Source: Massalongia carnosa (taxonomy: Eukaryota). From it: DNA of 64,000 bases. Of this stretch, positions 25,828 through 38,100 are shown piece after piece (within the stretch, counting starts at the first letter, position 1; every line of letters begins with the position of its first letter). Both the position numbers and the translations under genes were made by a program. The stretch is from assembly GCA_965645245.1 (NCBI GenBank), contig OZ287080.1, positions 1,860,001 to 1,924,000 on the forward strand. Direction: 5' to 3'. The notes under the pieces are model-generated. The model saw nothing but the letters and a program-made list of their open reading frames with translations, was not told where the DNA came from and did not search any database.

Positions 25828-27313
25828 TAGCCATCGTTCAAGCGGCCGCATACATTCGACAAAGAGTACCAAGATATTCTGTTCGACAGTACATAAAAGA
25901 GTTCTATAAAAATGATAAAGAAAGACCAGTCTGTTGAATCACGAAGCGGGACATCTTCGCAGGGACCTGGAGGCTAAAAATTCAATCATTATAACCTGGC
26001 AAATATCGTTTGATCATATTCATCAGATCAAGCCTTCGGCAGCTAATCTGCTGTCGCTTATGAGCTTTTTCGATCGACAGGGAATTCCTGAGGCTTTACT
26101 CAAGACACAAAACGAGGCAGGAAATGAAAATACGGGAGAAAACGCTGGAAATGACGAAGATGATGACCACGAAGACGATAGCGATAAGGATACCGTGTCC
26201 GATTCCAGCGTCGACGAGTTTGAAGCCGACATACTTGTCTTGAGAAACTTCTCGTTCATCACCATCAGCATGAATGAAACCACCTTTGAGATGCACGGGC
26301 TAGTGCAGCTAGCCATCAGAAAGTGGCTAGAAGCATCCAATCAGCTCGAAAGATGGAAGCAGTAATACATCAAGAATCTCTGTACAGTATTTCCGACGGG
26401 AAATTACGAAAATTGGACAAAGTGTCAAGCGCTTTTTCCTCACGCAAAGTCGGCAGTAGCGCAGGAGCCAGCTGTCGAAAGCTCATTACAAGATTGGGCC
26501 TTGATACTATATCACGCTGCATGGTATGCGTGGGCGAAAGGGAGTTACGCTGAAGCAGCGACAATGGCCCTAAAAGCAACAAGAACCAGGCAAAAAGTGC
26601 TTGGTCCAGAGGATGAAGAGACATTGAATAGTATGACTATGCTAGCCTTGGCATACAAGGAACAAGGACGATGGACGAAGGCCGAAGAGCTGGAGGTGCA
26701 AGTGATGACGACGAGAAAGAGGGTGCTAGGGGCGGAGCATCCTTCCACGCTGACTAGCATGGCTAATCTTTCATTGACGTATTGGAATCAAGGACGATGG
26801 ACGGAGGCCGAAGAGCTGCAGGTGCAAGTGATGGAGATGATAAAGAGGGTGCTAGGGGCGGAGCATCCAGACACGCTGACTAGCATGAACAATCTTGCGT
26901 TGACGTATTGGAATCAAGGACGATGGACGGAGGCCGAAGAGCTACAGGTGCAAGTGATGGAGACGAGAAAGAGGGTATTAGGTGCGGAGTATCCAGACAC
27001 GCTGACTAGCATGAACAATCTTGCGTTGACGTACAGGAATCAAGGACGATGGACGGAGGCCGAAGAGCTGCAGGTGCAAGTGATGGAGACGAGTGCGAGG
27101 GTGCTAGGGGCGGAGCATCCAGACACGCTGACCAGCATGAATAACCTTGCATTCACGTGGAAGTCTCAAGGCCGCAATGATGAGGCTCTCTCACTGCTAA
27201 AGGAATGTTTTCAGCTACAAAAACACAAATTGGGTCCTCAACATCCTGATACAGAGTCTTCGCTTGAGGCTCTCAATGAGTGGCAGATGGAGAGTTTATC
27301 ATTGGAGTCTTAA
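25828..27313 (+). pseudogene. 5'-truncated fungal NLR (end of NB-ARC, winged helix, 42-aa TPR repeats)
   Basis: AIVQAAAYI and FEMHGLVQ motifs, and near-identical 126-bp repeats (LGAEHPDTLTSMNNLALTYWNQGRWTEAEELQVQV). A 1-nt frameshift near 25922 and an in-frame TAA at 26363. Confidence 0.9.
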
Positions 27314-27555
27314 AGCGATTCATATAATTCAGAACTAAATCCCATTATTACCTTTGAAACTTGATCTTCTGAGCGGTTGATGAACAAAGCAGTGTAAGAA
27401 TACTACTTTTTATTTTGTCCAAAGCTGAAAGCTCAGAACATGAGTGACAGAATGATCAAGCTCGCTGACGCACGCGACTACCCCTAGGTTTTACACTCGC
27501 CCGCGTTAGCAGAGAGGCCTAAGCGGTGCGCTCTAACTGTTCCAAATAGCAGGAA

Positions 27556-27626
27556 GTCGTCAAACCTTCTACCTTGAACATTCACTCTGCGCCCTTGTCC
27601 AGCAACATCTCCACCACCTTCTCGTT
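27556..27626 (-). pseudogene. Single ankyrin-repeat relic
   Basis: The minus strand reads NEKVVEMLLDKGA and, after a 1-nt slip, VNVQGRRFDD. This resembles fungal NLR ankyrin repeats. Confidence 0.55.
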
Positions 27627-27886
27627 CTGCTGTTCAAATTAACGCTGTCCGCCCGTGCTGATCTTGTGCCTCCAGATCTACCAATTTAGCACCTATGATC
27701 ATGCTCAGGATTACTTCGTGTTGAACGCTGCAAGCCAGTTGTCATTCATGACCGGCTGGTCTTCATATCATGATAAAGCCCGTCATAGTAAAAGAAACCA
27801 TAGTTAAAATTAATTATATTGTACTCAGCATAGTCCACGGGTCTTGACACAACACACCAGCTTGCTGGGGGCTAGTGAAGTTGTCA

Positions 27887-28168
27887 CCGTGACGGACGGC
27901 ACCAGGCGTGTAAGCGGGATAGGGCCGGACGCTAGCAGGGAGGTGAAAAACTCTTCACCTCATCCATCTCCCCATCTCTTCTCTCTTTCCTCATCAACAC
28001 TCATCAAAAATCGTGTTTCGCTGTTTCTCCCACCCGCCCTCTCCTACACAGTCTGTCGCTTAGATAGATGGAGGATGTCTTGACCCCAGGGTTCGCATCT
28101 ACAGCGTCCATGGACCCCGTAGCCAACCCGTTACGGCTCCGTACCCGGCGCGGACGGCGCACGAACGG
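27887..28168. mobile_element. 282-bp insertion with non-canonical CCGT...ACGG ends
   Basis: Flanked by TGTCA on both sides, has an internal 8-bp hairpin GAGGTGAA/TTCACCTC, and shares a 17-nt core with 52046..52588. Confidence 0.55.
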
Positions 28169-28620
28169 TGTCATGCCACACCCTAGGGTCAGGACTTTGC
28201 CCAAACACTAGAATAGCAATAAACATAAGGTGGCTGCGTTTCACTAGTCTGCATTTTTCAACCCGAAAGTAGCATTTCGGAAATGGGCCGTCTGATGTTC
28301 AGAACCTGATGTTGTTGAATCTCGAGTAGCATTTGACTAGTTAGTCACGACACAATTTGTTTGACAGGAAGGACTGATGCTGCTTCTCAATGATGCTTAG
28401 AGTTATAATTTTCTTGCATATATTTGGATAGCTTTGATAGTAAGAATTGCTGTTATTCTTCATTGAAATCAGCATTATGAATTAATCCGTTGTATTATTC
28501 TTGAATCTTGATAATTTGACTTTCGCTTGATCAGAACACCACAGAACGGAATATAGAAGAAATCCCGAGGAAATGCCGCACTTTACAATTCGGCATTAGA
28601 ATATTGTTTTCATCGTTAAT

Positions 28621-29116
28621 TATAAGAGGGACAGTAGACACTAGTCCTTATGGGTTATAATGCTCAGTGTGACTGCTAATAGATTGGTAGGTGCTAAAGC
28701 TAAAAGCTGATTCCCTGAAGATGGGAATCGAGCTTTCTATATACCCCTTGGGGTCCTATTTACTAACTACTTGTCTGGTTACCTGTCTGCCTTGTTGCCT
28801 TCAGCTGAGGTCTAGTAGATAGCCTTGCTGCCTTCAGCTGAGGTCTAGCAGATAACCTTGTTGCCTTCAGCTGAGGTCTAGCAGATAGCCTTGTTGCCTT
28901 CAGCTGAGGTCTCCTAGGCGTCCCAGGCCTCCCATGAGATCGAGGCTTATCTGAATAGCTTCAGTTGCTGCCTAACAAACTGGTAAGGCTGATTGCTGAT
29001 GGCTTAGTATTGCTATCCGCCTTATCATGACTAAGCATCCGGATTATCAGTCACCCGGTCTTCTTGGGTGAGTCATCCCAGGAGCTAGCGCAGTCCTGTA
29101 TTGCCGCGCTATTACA
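28621..29116 (-). mobile_element. Solo LTR, family C
   Basis: Perfect TSD TTAAT; copy of 18375..18903. Confidence 0.9.
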
Positions 29117-29203
29117 TTAATCAACAACTACAACGATTAATGGAATGTGTATTAAATAAAGTATAAATAGAAAGTATATACACGATATCCGACCTTAAAA
29201 ACC

Positions 29204-31134
29204 TTACATAGCAAAACGCCCTGGGCGCTGGACCCTTCTTCCAGTCGAGGTAGTTAAAACCACCTCCTCTACCTCTTTAGCGATAATAACACGAGTAGGC
29301 GGCTTTACCTTCTTCTTTCGAGTCTTTTGAACTTTATTAGACCCTGTATACTGCTTCTGCTGCCCGAGCTGTCCCTTAGAATATCTGTTTGCTGCTTTAC
29401 GTAACTCCTTCTTAGCCTGCTTCTCAGCGGCCTTTGCTACCTTTGCTTCTGCAGTCAATCGCCGCTTCTCTAGAGCGATTGCTACCTTTTCTAGCTTCTC
29501 CTCTTCTTTCTGTAACCTTTTAGCAGTAGCTTGTCGTCGCTTCTCGCTAATATCTAGCTGGCGTTGTGCTTCTTCTTCCTCTTTTGCTGCTTGAAATTCC
29601 CTAGCAGCCTGTACTCGCCTAGGACTAAAGAATTGAGGGCCTGAGTCCTCTTCTCCAACTAAATTAAGCCGTTTACCTCTCTTCCTCCTCTTCTTTTCGT
29701 CCTGAAGGGTATTGCAGAGCCCTTTGATCACGTGTTTGTTGATAGAGTCCTGGGCAGCAAGGCGTTCGTTAGCCCGGAAGATCTTTGCTAGTAATAACTT
29801 TGTAGGCGCAATATCGTACGCTCGCTGCGTACGGCGAATAGCACGGCTTTTCATTGGTGTTTTTGGCGACTGAGAAGGAGCCTCGATTTTCTGTGGTGTG
29901 ATAACATTTAGTATAAGGCTCGGATTGTAAGGCCAAATACCGGTTTTTTCGAAGGCAGAAGTAATATTTTCCTCCGAAAATGCCTGCTGCCATGCAGGGA
30001 AGAAAACGCTCCAAAAGGCTCTTTTTGACATGTTTATCATGCCTAGACTATCGAACATTAGTCTATTCAGCCCATTGGTATAGAACGTTACTAACGGCGC
30101 GAATAGAGAAACGTCCAGAGGCTGTAAACGATGCGTAGAGTGCGAAGGTAGAATCAGGAGAAGAATACGTAAGTTATCGCATTTATCGATAAACTTAAGA
30201 TTCACGTGGCTAGAATGACCGTCTACTATCAGTAAACGTCTTCTATTTCTAGCCTTTTGCTTCGTATAACGCTGAAAAACCTGCTCTAGCCAATTCAGGC
30301 CAAGGATATCACAACTCATCCTTTCGCAGATACTGCAAAGAACGCCTCGTCATTAGGATTTACATCCTCAACCCATGTATCCTGGAGTATGCCAGAGTCG
30401 CCTTTATAGATCAAGGCAGGAGGTAAAGCGGTTCCGTCGGCCCCGATACAAGCAAGGAGGCTGATAAACTCCCTATTCCCGTCCTGGCTTGCATGTGTGA
30501 TCCGCCCTGATTCAAGGGCCTCTAGCGACATGATACGTTGCGTGGCGCTTGCTTGGCCAAGCACAAAGCCCTTTTCGTCCCAATTGTAAAGGTTTTGCCC
30601 CGTGATATTGTATTTTTCGACACCGGCGATTAGCTAATAGAAACATTAGTTATTTTCGATCATAATTAATATTCAACAAATAGGAATGGGTAGTTAACAC
30701 GCTACCAAATCGTAGAATTGCTTAAATAAAGGCGGATACTCAGATTTTATACGCTGGCTATCCATATTTCGAAGATAAAGACTTCTAAGCCTATCCTTGT
30801 ATCGGCGGACAAAATCCCCTGTCCAGTTCTTCCCTACAGGCCCTCCTATCACCTCCTCCGCTAGGTTTCGTACAATTCTTGCGGTTGGGGGCAGTCCACG
30901 ATCGACAAGGCGATTGATTTGCTGAATTAAGGCCTCTTCCTGGGCCAAGGTAAGTCGTTGCTTGTATTTTGACGCGGCTGCCATTTGGGACACCGTTTGG
31001 CCTTTCCAGCGCCTCCGGAGGGTACTTTCGACTAGGCTAAACCTTTTAGCTGTCCCCCTGAGGTTAGGCTGATCTTGCTGATTCAGATCAGCAATTGCGA
31101 GCTCGATACGAGCGTTGAGGGTGGATTTATTCAT
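29204..31134 (-). pseudogene. Fot1-type transposase with one intron (about 30633..30700) and one premature stop
   Basis: HTH exon (LTLAQEEALI...GLPP...VGKNW), then YNWDEKGF, VDGHSSH and STHRLQPLDV. A TGA at 30316 sits where G-W is expected. Confidence 0.88.
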
Positions 31135-31731
31135 GTTTGAAAGTAATGGTTGGAAAGTGAGAAGATGCGGCATTTCGTCGGGTGCGGCATTTCCTCGGGA
31201 AATCTTCTATAGCAATTAGCATAGCGAGAAGCGGTCGCCAATCATACTTTGAGACAAGATGAAACTTCGTCATGATTTATAAATCTTCTGCATGTATCTT
31301 TAGCTCAAGAAGCAGTACGAAGTAACAACTGCATTGAATATATTCTGAAATTTTCTGTCAAGCGATCCGTCACTTATTTATTCTCGGCTTTTTCATTAGC
31401 TACCTCTGATTTGAATTACTCCTATTCCGTCTGCTGCTTTCTCTTGCATCTCTGTTGCATTAACTATATTTTAGTCTTGCTTGTCAATCTATTGAGCTTG
31501 ATTTATTGATCTAAGCGCTTGGTGATTGAAGAATGATTTACGTTTTAGATAGACACTTGGAATTGGGGTGATAATTGCTTGCATTGAAAGGATTCCCAGA
31601 TTATCTAAAGTTAAGTTTCTTGGAATGTTGGGATTCGGTTAATAGATTACCGTATCCAAGATACATATCGCTTACTGCTTGGCCACTAAATTGGCTGACA
31701 CAATCGTATCTGCACAACGATATCATCAAGT

Positions 31732-34068
31732 CTACACCAGCTGCGAGCTCTGCATTCGGCTGACCACGAGTTCCAAACAGTTATAAGAGAAGTCTCTGAA
31801 ATACAATTAGTCTACACCTCTCTTGGAGAGGGCATTGAGGAACGTGATGCGCAAGGGCATCAAAGGCAGGCTGATCCGCACAAAGACGCCAGATGGTGAG
31901 CTCAAGGCAGCACGACTATCCTGGATAAGGCAGAGACACAAAGTGAAGGCTCTGCTGGAGGAGCTCAAGAGCACGAGAACAAGTATATCTGCACTCTGGG
32001 GTGCTGCTCATTCGTAGGTTCTCCAACACTTGTCAAAGATAATGAAAGTCAGTCTCGTTGATTCGATGCTCCCCACGCAGGTTGGATTTACCCCGTATTC
32101 AATCACAATTTGAGACATTCGAGACATTACATGGAAAGTGTATCGATATGTTCCAGCAACCAGAATATTTGGAAGCCATCTTGGAACAAGTGTGCAAGCA
32201 GAGGTTGTTGGATACTTTGGACCCAAGTGACCCGTCAGAAGTGTCATCAGCCAGCAATGCCGAGCCAAGCCTTGGGGTGACAGGCCAATGCTCTGCTGAT
32301 GCAGAGGAGCAGTGTGAGATAATTCCAAGGCATTTAGACGATGAGCAATCTAAAACTAGGTTGCAAAGCTATAGTACAGTCCGCATCAGGGCCTCGAGAT
32401 ATCGTGAGAGCCAATGCGAAGGCTGGTGCGGTTGCTCTTGCCATCTGGTGAATCATTTCCAAATACCCAAAAGCACCGAACCCGCCTTTGGCTCCCTTTC
32501 GATTGGATTATCAGGCTTTCCTTTACAGCGACAGCGGTGTAGCGAAAGAAACTGTCGAAAGCAATCTATACCAACCTTGAAGATGACTTATCATTTCCCT
32601 CAATGGCTTTGGGCTCGAATGATCTGCTTTGCAGTCTCTCTAACGTACATGAATGACCCACAGGTCTCTCTACACGCGCCACGAGTCGTAGATGGCAATT
32701 CAGACATTTTCACATTTGCTGTTCAAGGCAATATGTCAGAAATGCAGAGATTATTCAAATTAGGACTTGCTTCACCATTTGACGTGAGCGCAAATAATGG
32801 TAGAACCGCTCTTCACGTGAGCTGTCCCCGCCTTAATGTAGAACGAATGATGGCTGCTGATGATGGGAGCTCTTATTCAGTACACAGTAAATTATAATCA
32901 CCAGGAAAAGTCTCAATTTCTGATCGATTCTGGAGCCGACCCGTTGTTGGAGGATAAAGAGCAAGCGTCCGGAAACCTTTGATATAACAATTTGTTGTAT
33001 GTGCGCTAAGAGTGAAATAGGACTACGATTTCCCTTGCATGGGGCCGCATGTTTGGCCGCTTGGCTCGAAGCTCAACAATAGATGCATGGCGCTGCCTCT
33101 TCGATGATGAGGAGCATCTTGAGTCTCGAGCATTTCCACCTCTGCACAAGATCGTGTTAGGCTTGATATCGATGGACTTGAAGCAACAACTAGAACTGTC
33201 CACAGCAAAAATAGATGACAAGGACGCGGATGGTCGAACCGCAATCTCCTGGGCCGCGACAAGGGGCGATCCACGTTCCGTCACCATATTGCTTCAGCAT
33301 GGAGCAGACCCAAATGCCAGTTCCGTACGAGGACAAAAACCGTTACATTGGGCCTCTCAAAACCCTACCCATAAGGGTCCGCGAATCTTACAACCACTCA
33401 TTGATTCTGACGCGAACGTCAATGCTGTCGGCTACTGGAACCGTACAGCGCTCATATATGCTAGTTGCAATCAAGATGACCCTGAGATTCTAGAAGTCCT
33501 CGTCAAAGGGGGAGCAAAACTGGATTTTCAGGATTGTCATCAACGTACTTCTCTGGGTTATGCCGCGAGAATGGGCAAGTTCAGGGGCCTTGAATATCTT
33601 CTGTCTGCCGGAGCAGACGCTTCAATTTGCGATTCATGGGGTTATCCACCACTATTTGAAGCCGTCCAACACAATCACCACAGCTCACTCCAAGCTTTAG
33701 TTCAGCATCGACCATTACCATGTATCCGAGACAAGAATGGGTCGTCAGTCTTGCACATTGTAGCACTATATGGAGACCCTAAGACGATGAACATCCTTGA
33801 ACAGGTTGAATTGCAAAGGCTTGACCTTGCTAAGCTGGACAAGAACGGGATGGGTGCGCAGGATCTCTTCACCCTAAGACACGATTTAAGTGCCGAGCTC
33901 CAAAGTGCTTTTGAACGATTGATGTTGGGAAACGATGTTTGCACGATAGTATCTTTCGGCCCTCAATTGCTAGGTGTAGACCGAGCGGATATATGGAATG
34001 AGCACAGAGAAACCGAAGATTTCGTTGACGCTTTGGAACGTCATGATGTGGATGATGATGCATCGTGA
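31732..34068 (+). CDS. Spliced ankyrin-repeat protein with a helical N-terminus and a Cys/His motif, no NTPase domain; 5' end damaged or unresolved
   Basis: ORFs 31823..32017, 32058..32897 (CEGWCGCSCH, GRTALH) and 33049..34068 (about 7 divergent ANK repeats) are separated by GT-AG gaps. No clean start was found and there is an apparent frameshift near 31860. Confidence 0.7.
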
Positions 34069-34356
34069 AACAGATACAGTTTGATACAATGGCGTATACA
34101 TCCCTTGTCTTTTGTGGTTGTGGAACATGCCTGTTTTGTCATGATCATCAATCTTAGATCTGAGCAATAGAGTTGGTTATATATCCAGCTCACAGATGTA
34201 ACACAAGACTCCATTCGAGGCAATGAGGCTTACCTGAACAAGATCTCTCAGTGAGTCTTCATGTAAAGATTTCCATTCTCAGTTGTATTAGCATTTTAGT
34301 GGTAAACTCTGGACAATTTCATTAGAGCGGCGCACCTCTAATTTATGATGTGATGT

Positions 34357-34549
34357 TGTCAAATATATAAGGGTCAAAAGGCATAATCAGGGAATTGGGT
34401 AGATGTTGATTGTAGTGTGGAGGATGTGGAAAAGTGGGAATCTATCTAAGGGGGGAGGCCACGTGTCTAGTCGGGCCGGAATAACCCTTCGGATATATCA
34501 TCCTGAGTTACCACTGATGTTTAGGATTAGTTTATCCTATAATTTGACA
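34357..34549 (-). mobile_element. Solo LTR of the Copia C family
   Basis: Reverse complement of 49888..50079; flanks GATGT/GATGG. Confidence 0.9.
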
Positions 34550-34794
34550 GATGGCTAAAATCATGAAGCCTAGAAAAGATGATGTATCGCAATTGACTGA
34601 CGAGTTTTTGAAGTTGAAGTCGTCGCAATAGATAGATTTGTAGATGTTGAATACACTTAGTCAGTAACAGCAACATTATTAATACCTAGTGTAACTGCTA
34701 GCTTGTACGCACCCTGGATAAGTAGTAAAATGGCTGTTTACTAGTAAAGATTTACACCAAAGGGGGGGACTATCCCTAAGCATCTCGCTCCACC

Positions 34795-35111
34795 TGTTAA
34801 ATGGTAATGCTACCAACGGTTAGATGGTCAGACTACCATCGGTTAGATGGTCAGACTACCACTAGTATAGGCATCCATCGTGAGCCTCGGGAGGTGCCTT
34901 GCAAAGTGCCTAAAAAAAAGCAGATATGGGAGTCAAGGTCTGATCGTCAGGGTGCCTAACAAGCAGATATGGGGGACAAGGTCTGACCGTTTAGGCTCCT
35001 AGATGTGACTGTTTTGTGACTGCTATATAAAGTAGACAAATAGCCCACATAGATAATCACCTTCAATGACAATCATGCTACTATACCTACAAAGTGAATT
35101 TATATTTCATA
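34795..35111 (+). mobile_element. Solo LTR related to Copia A, with a different 5' (U3) part
   Basis: TSD CCACC, TG...TA ends, and about 240 bp at the 3' end matching 2383..2643. Confidence 0.88.
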
Positions 35112-35293
35112 CCACCGACTTCCCCGGCTGGTTTAAAAGCTGGGTAAGATCCGCACCCCCATTCGACGAATCAATACTGATAGGTCATCTTTTTTCAAAA
35201 GATCCATCCTATATCGAAAGAATGAATTCCTGACGCCGTGTACCACTCCTTCACATCGCGATTCCTACCGCTCGTTCACAGCCTCGAGTCAAT

Positions 35294-36322
35294 TGTAATA
35301 CGGATGGCGCTAGAGGGATACGTGATCGCCTATGGCGGTTGCGGGATTAACTAGCGTGGACCATGCCGTAGTACGAAGTCGCATAAGCCGTCGAGGCTGA
35401 CACACTGCCATCTTGCCCCGAAACTTCGGAGTTATTGTTATCACGATCTTGACTACTTACAGATCAAACACCTGTCGAGGCCGTGGTGGTAGATTGCCAT
35501 GGAGTGTAAGGCGGACTCCTGTGGAGACGCCAAGGAACTCTATATGGAATCTACTGGCCTACTCGGAGCTACTGGATCTCTTGATGGTTCAAGAGAGGTA
35601 GCAGGAGGCACGGCTCGCTGGACGCAGTTTGAGCTAGGCTCCCCGGTGTAAACTTCAGCTTCAACCTTTATTACTACGTTGGTAGTGATGTCGGCTGAAT
35701 GAACCTACATGACCTCGTTGTCTAGACCTTGTGTCTAGAGGCAGGTCCGCAGTGTAGCGAGGTATTCAGTCGGAGGTAACCTTCCATCACTAGGTAGTGG
35801 TGACGGCGAAATGAAGCTACATAGCCTGAGGCATGTAGTGAGGGATCTAGCCGGGGGTAGAATTGTTCTACCTTGCAAGGGAAGATCTAGAAGGCTGCTC
35901 GAGGCTGACTAGATGATCCAGCGAACGCCGAGTTCGTGGATGGATCCTGAGGGATGGTTGGATGTAATGCGATAAAGTCGGATGTGGATTGCAAGGCTGT
36001 AATGCTCGCAGACTCCCAAGGCTTGCAAGGCTCCTAAGGTTCCAAGGCTCCCAAGGCTATAGGCTTGGGGTGAGTAGGATAAATATCAGAACGAATCTTG
36101 TAGTATTCGTTAGCAATTAGTCTTTATTCTATGAACAACCTACGTTTGGGTCTCGGACGAGATCTCATGGTCTAAGCACTTCCACATCCATTAGTTCTTT
36201 GGATCACGTATACTCTTGGAGACTAGCACGTAGTAGCTATCTTCCTCCTCTCACGCTGAGCATTTCCCCTTTCGAGATCAGTGTCGCTCGTGATAAGCTT
36301 ACTGGTCTCGTAGCCCATTACA
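35294..36322. mobile_element. Solo LTR, family B
   Basis: TSD TCAAT; inverted copy of 8752..9781. Confidence 0.9.
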
Positions 36323-37631
36323 TCAATTTACCAGTCAAACAACGAAGCTTGCTATGATAGCGAGAGTAATCCCTCAATGCCCTGGGACAGAAGCGCTCAG
36401 TGGAATGACAAATTGACGGAAGCAGACGGTAAAGAGGAAATGCTTCAAAGGAATAACAAAAAAGAACGCTAAGCTGTGTCCCACAGAGAAAAGACGTCGA
36501 TCTGACGTTACGAAGAAGCTTTTTTTGAAACGCCATGTTAAAGATCGTCACTTTTTCTTACCATTTTCTTCAGATTAAACGGGGGCTGAGTCAGACATCA
36601 GCGGATACGCGCCTGCTAAATCATCTTGCACCTCAAACCGTCTACCCGGCTCTTCGTCTATCATTTCGACCGGCCGTAAGAGAGAGCAAAACCCTGATAA
36701 GGCGATTGAGGGCGCCAACCGGAGGTCGAAGTGGTATTAGCCCATTCCGACGGCAGTTATCTACGAGCAGCAGTGTTGGCAATGAAAGATTGTGCGAGAA
36801 AGAGATATAATGCATGTTAATCGATTAGACCACACTAATTGGTAGGTGGCCTGCCAATATCACCACTAATAGAAGTGTCACTCTGTTAGCAAGTGTTGCA
36901 CTTAGTGAATGGCTGGCTACCGAGTACACACAAAAGGTGATGGGATAAGATAAAATAGATATTTAGCTAGAGATGATTTCTATCATCAACAACCATCCTA
37001 AATAAACCAGATCAATTTATCAAATCCAAAAGGAGTCTCCTTTAGAACGTAAACCTACCTAACAAATAAGCTGGAAAGCTTACGCATATCTAAGCGATAA
37101 CCAGCTTGATAATGCAGTTGCTCGAAAGGTCCTGAAAGCAATACTTGATTCAATAGAAGAAGGCCTGAGTGAACGATGCCCGTTTCGCGGCTTCAGCATT
37201 ACTGCAAAACGGAGGAGACTCGAAGACACTGAAACGTCGTGATTAGGGCTAACGAAATCCTGGTCAAATTTTATCCGTTCTACAGGTTACACTCAATGAC
37301 ACTTTCCAACTTCATCATCTGTCATTACTCTTGTCGCTCAGAACAGACTTGAGCGCGCTGTCTTGCCGAAAACTAGTGTTTCATATAATATTGCTTTGCT
37401 GAAGATGATGATCAACATCTTACTGTTATTGTTACATGAGATGAGGATAGATGAAAATTGAACATATGAATATGATAAGAATGAAGGGTTTCAGTCTAGA
37501 TAGCAGAAGTAAATGATATTGAAGTTATTGCTTAGAAGATGACAACACTTCGCCCTCTCCATGTTTTATTTCACCCATCTTTCTTACTACCAATACGACT
37601 GGTATACTCAAATTGATATTCAAATCTTCGA

Positions 37632-37757
37632 GTATCGCTAGTCTAATACTAGCATACCGTATATTATCCATATATCTAGCTATTCCCACTATATAGAATA
37701 AAAGCAAAGCGTTCTATTTTCTATTGACTATACATTAATATACTGCCTTTTGATATA
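37632..37757. repeat. Dispersed repeat, probably an LTR remnant; second copy near 55859..55972
   Basis: Shared CTAGTCTAATACTAGCAT...TCTAGCTATTCCCACTATATAGAA...CCTTTTGATATA. Confidence 0.65.
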
Positions 37758-38100
37758 AAAACCATCTTCACTGCATTTAGCAGCTCTACTCTCCCTCCTG
37801 CCCTCCTCCAAGATCAAAATGACTAGCATCATTAGTATAGCAACTAAAGCAGTGACACCAAGTCATCTACACAGGAGGATCCGACAAGAAGATTAATCAG
37901 ACGGCAAGAGCTTAAAGTATAGCAACCTATAATACATGAGGAGCAAAAGGTAAAAAATAGACTAGCTTAAAGGATGCTAAGAAGGTGATGCTGTTATTCG
38001 CCTCTGGAGAAGGGGGAACGATAGGAAGATTGGCATGTACGATAGATACTACGGATCGTAATCAATGAATGAAATAGTCTGATTGATCAAACTTCGAGAC

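Larger units (their letters stand above)
28554..31209 (-). mobile_element. Fot1/pogo DNA transposon, TIR-complete, carrying a nested solo LTR
   Basis: TIR of about 28 bp, TAGAAGA(AA/TT)TCCCGAGGAAATGCCGCAC, with TA TSD. Confidence 0.93.

Noticed and set aside
36323..38100. Short ORFs as genes
   Set aside because: No recognisable domains or consistent splice structure.
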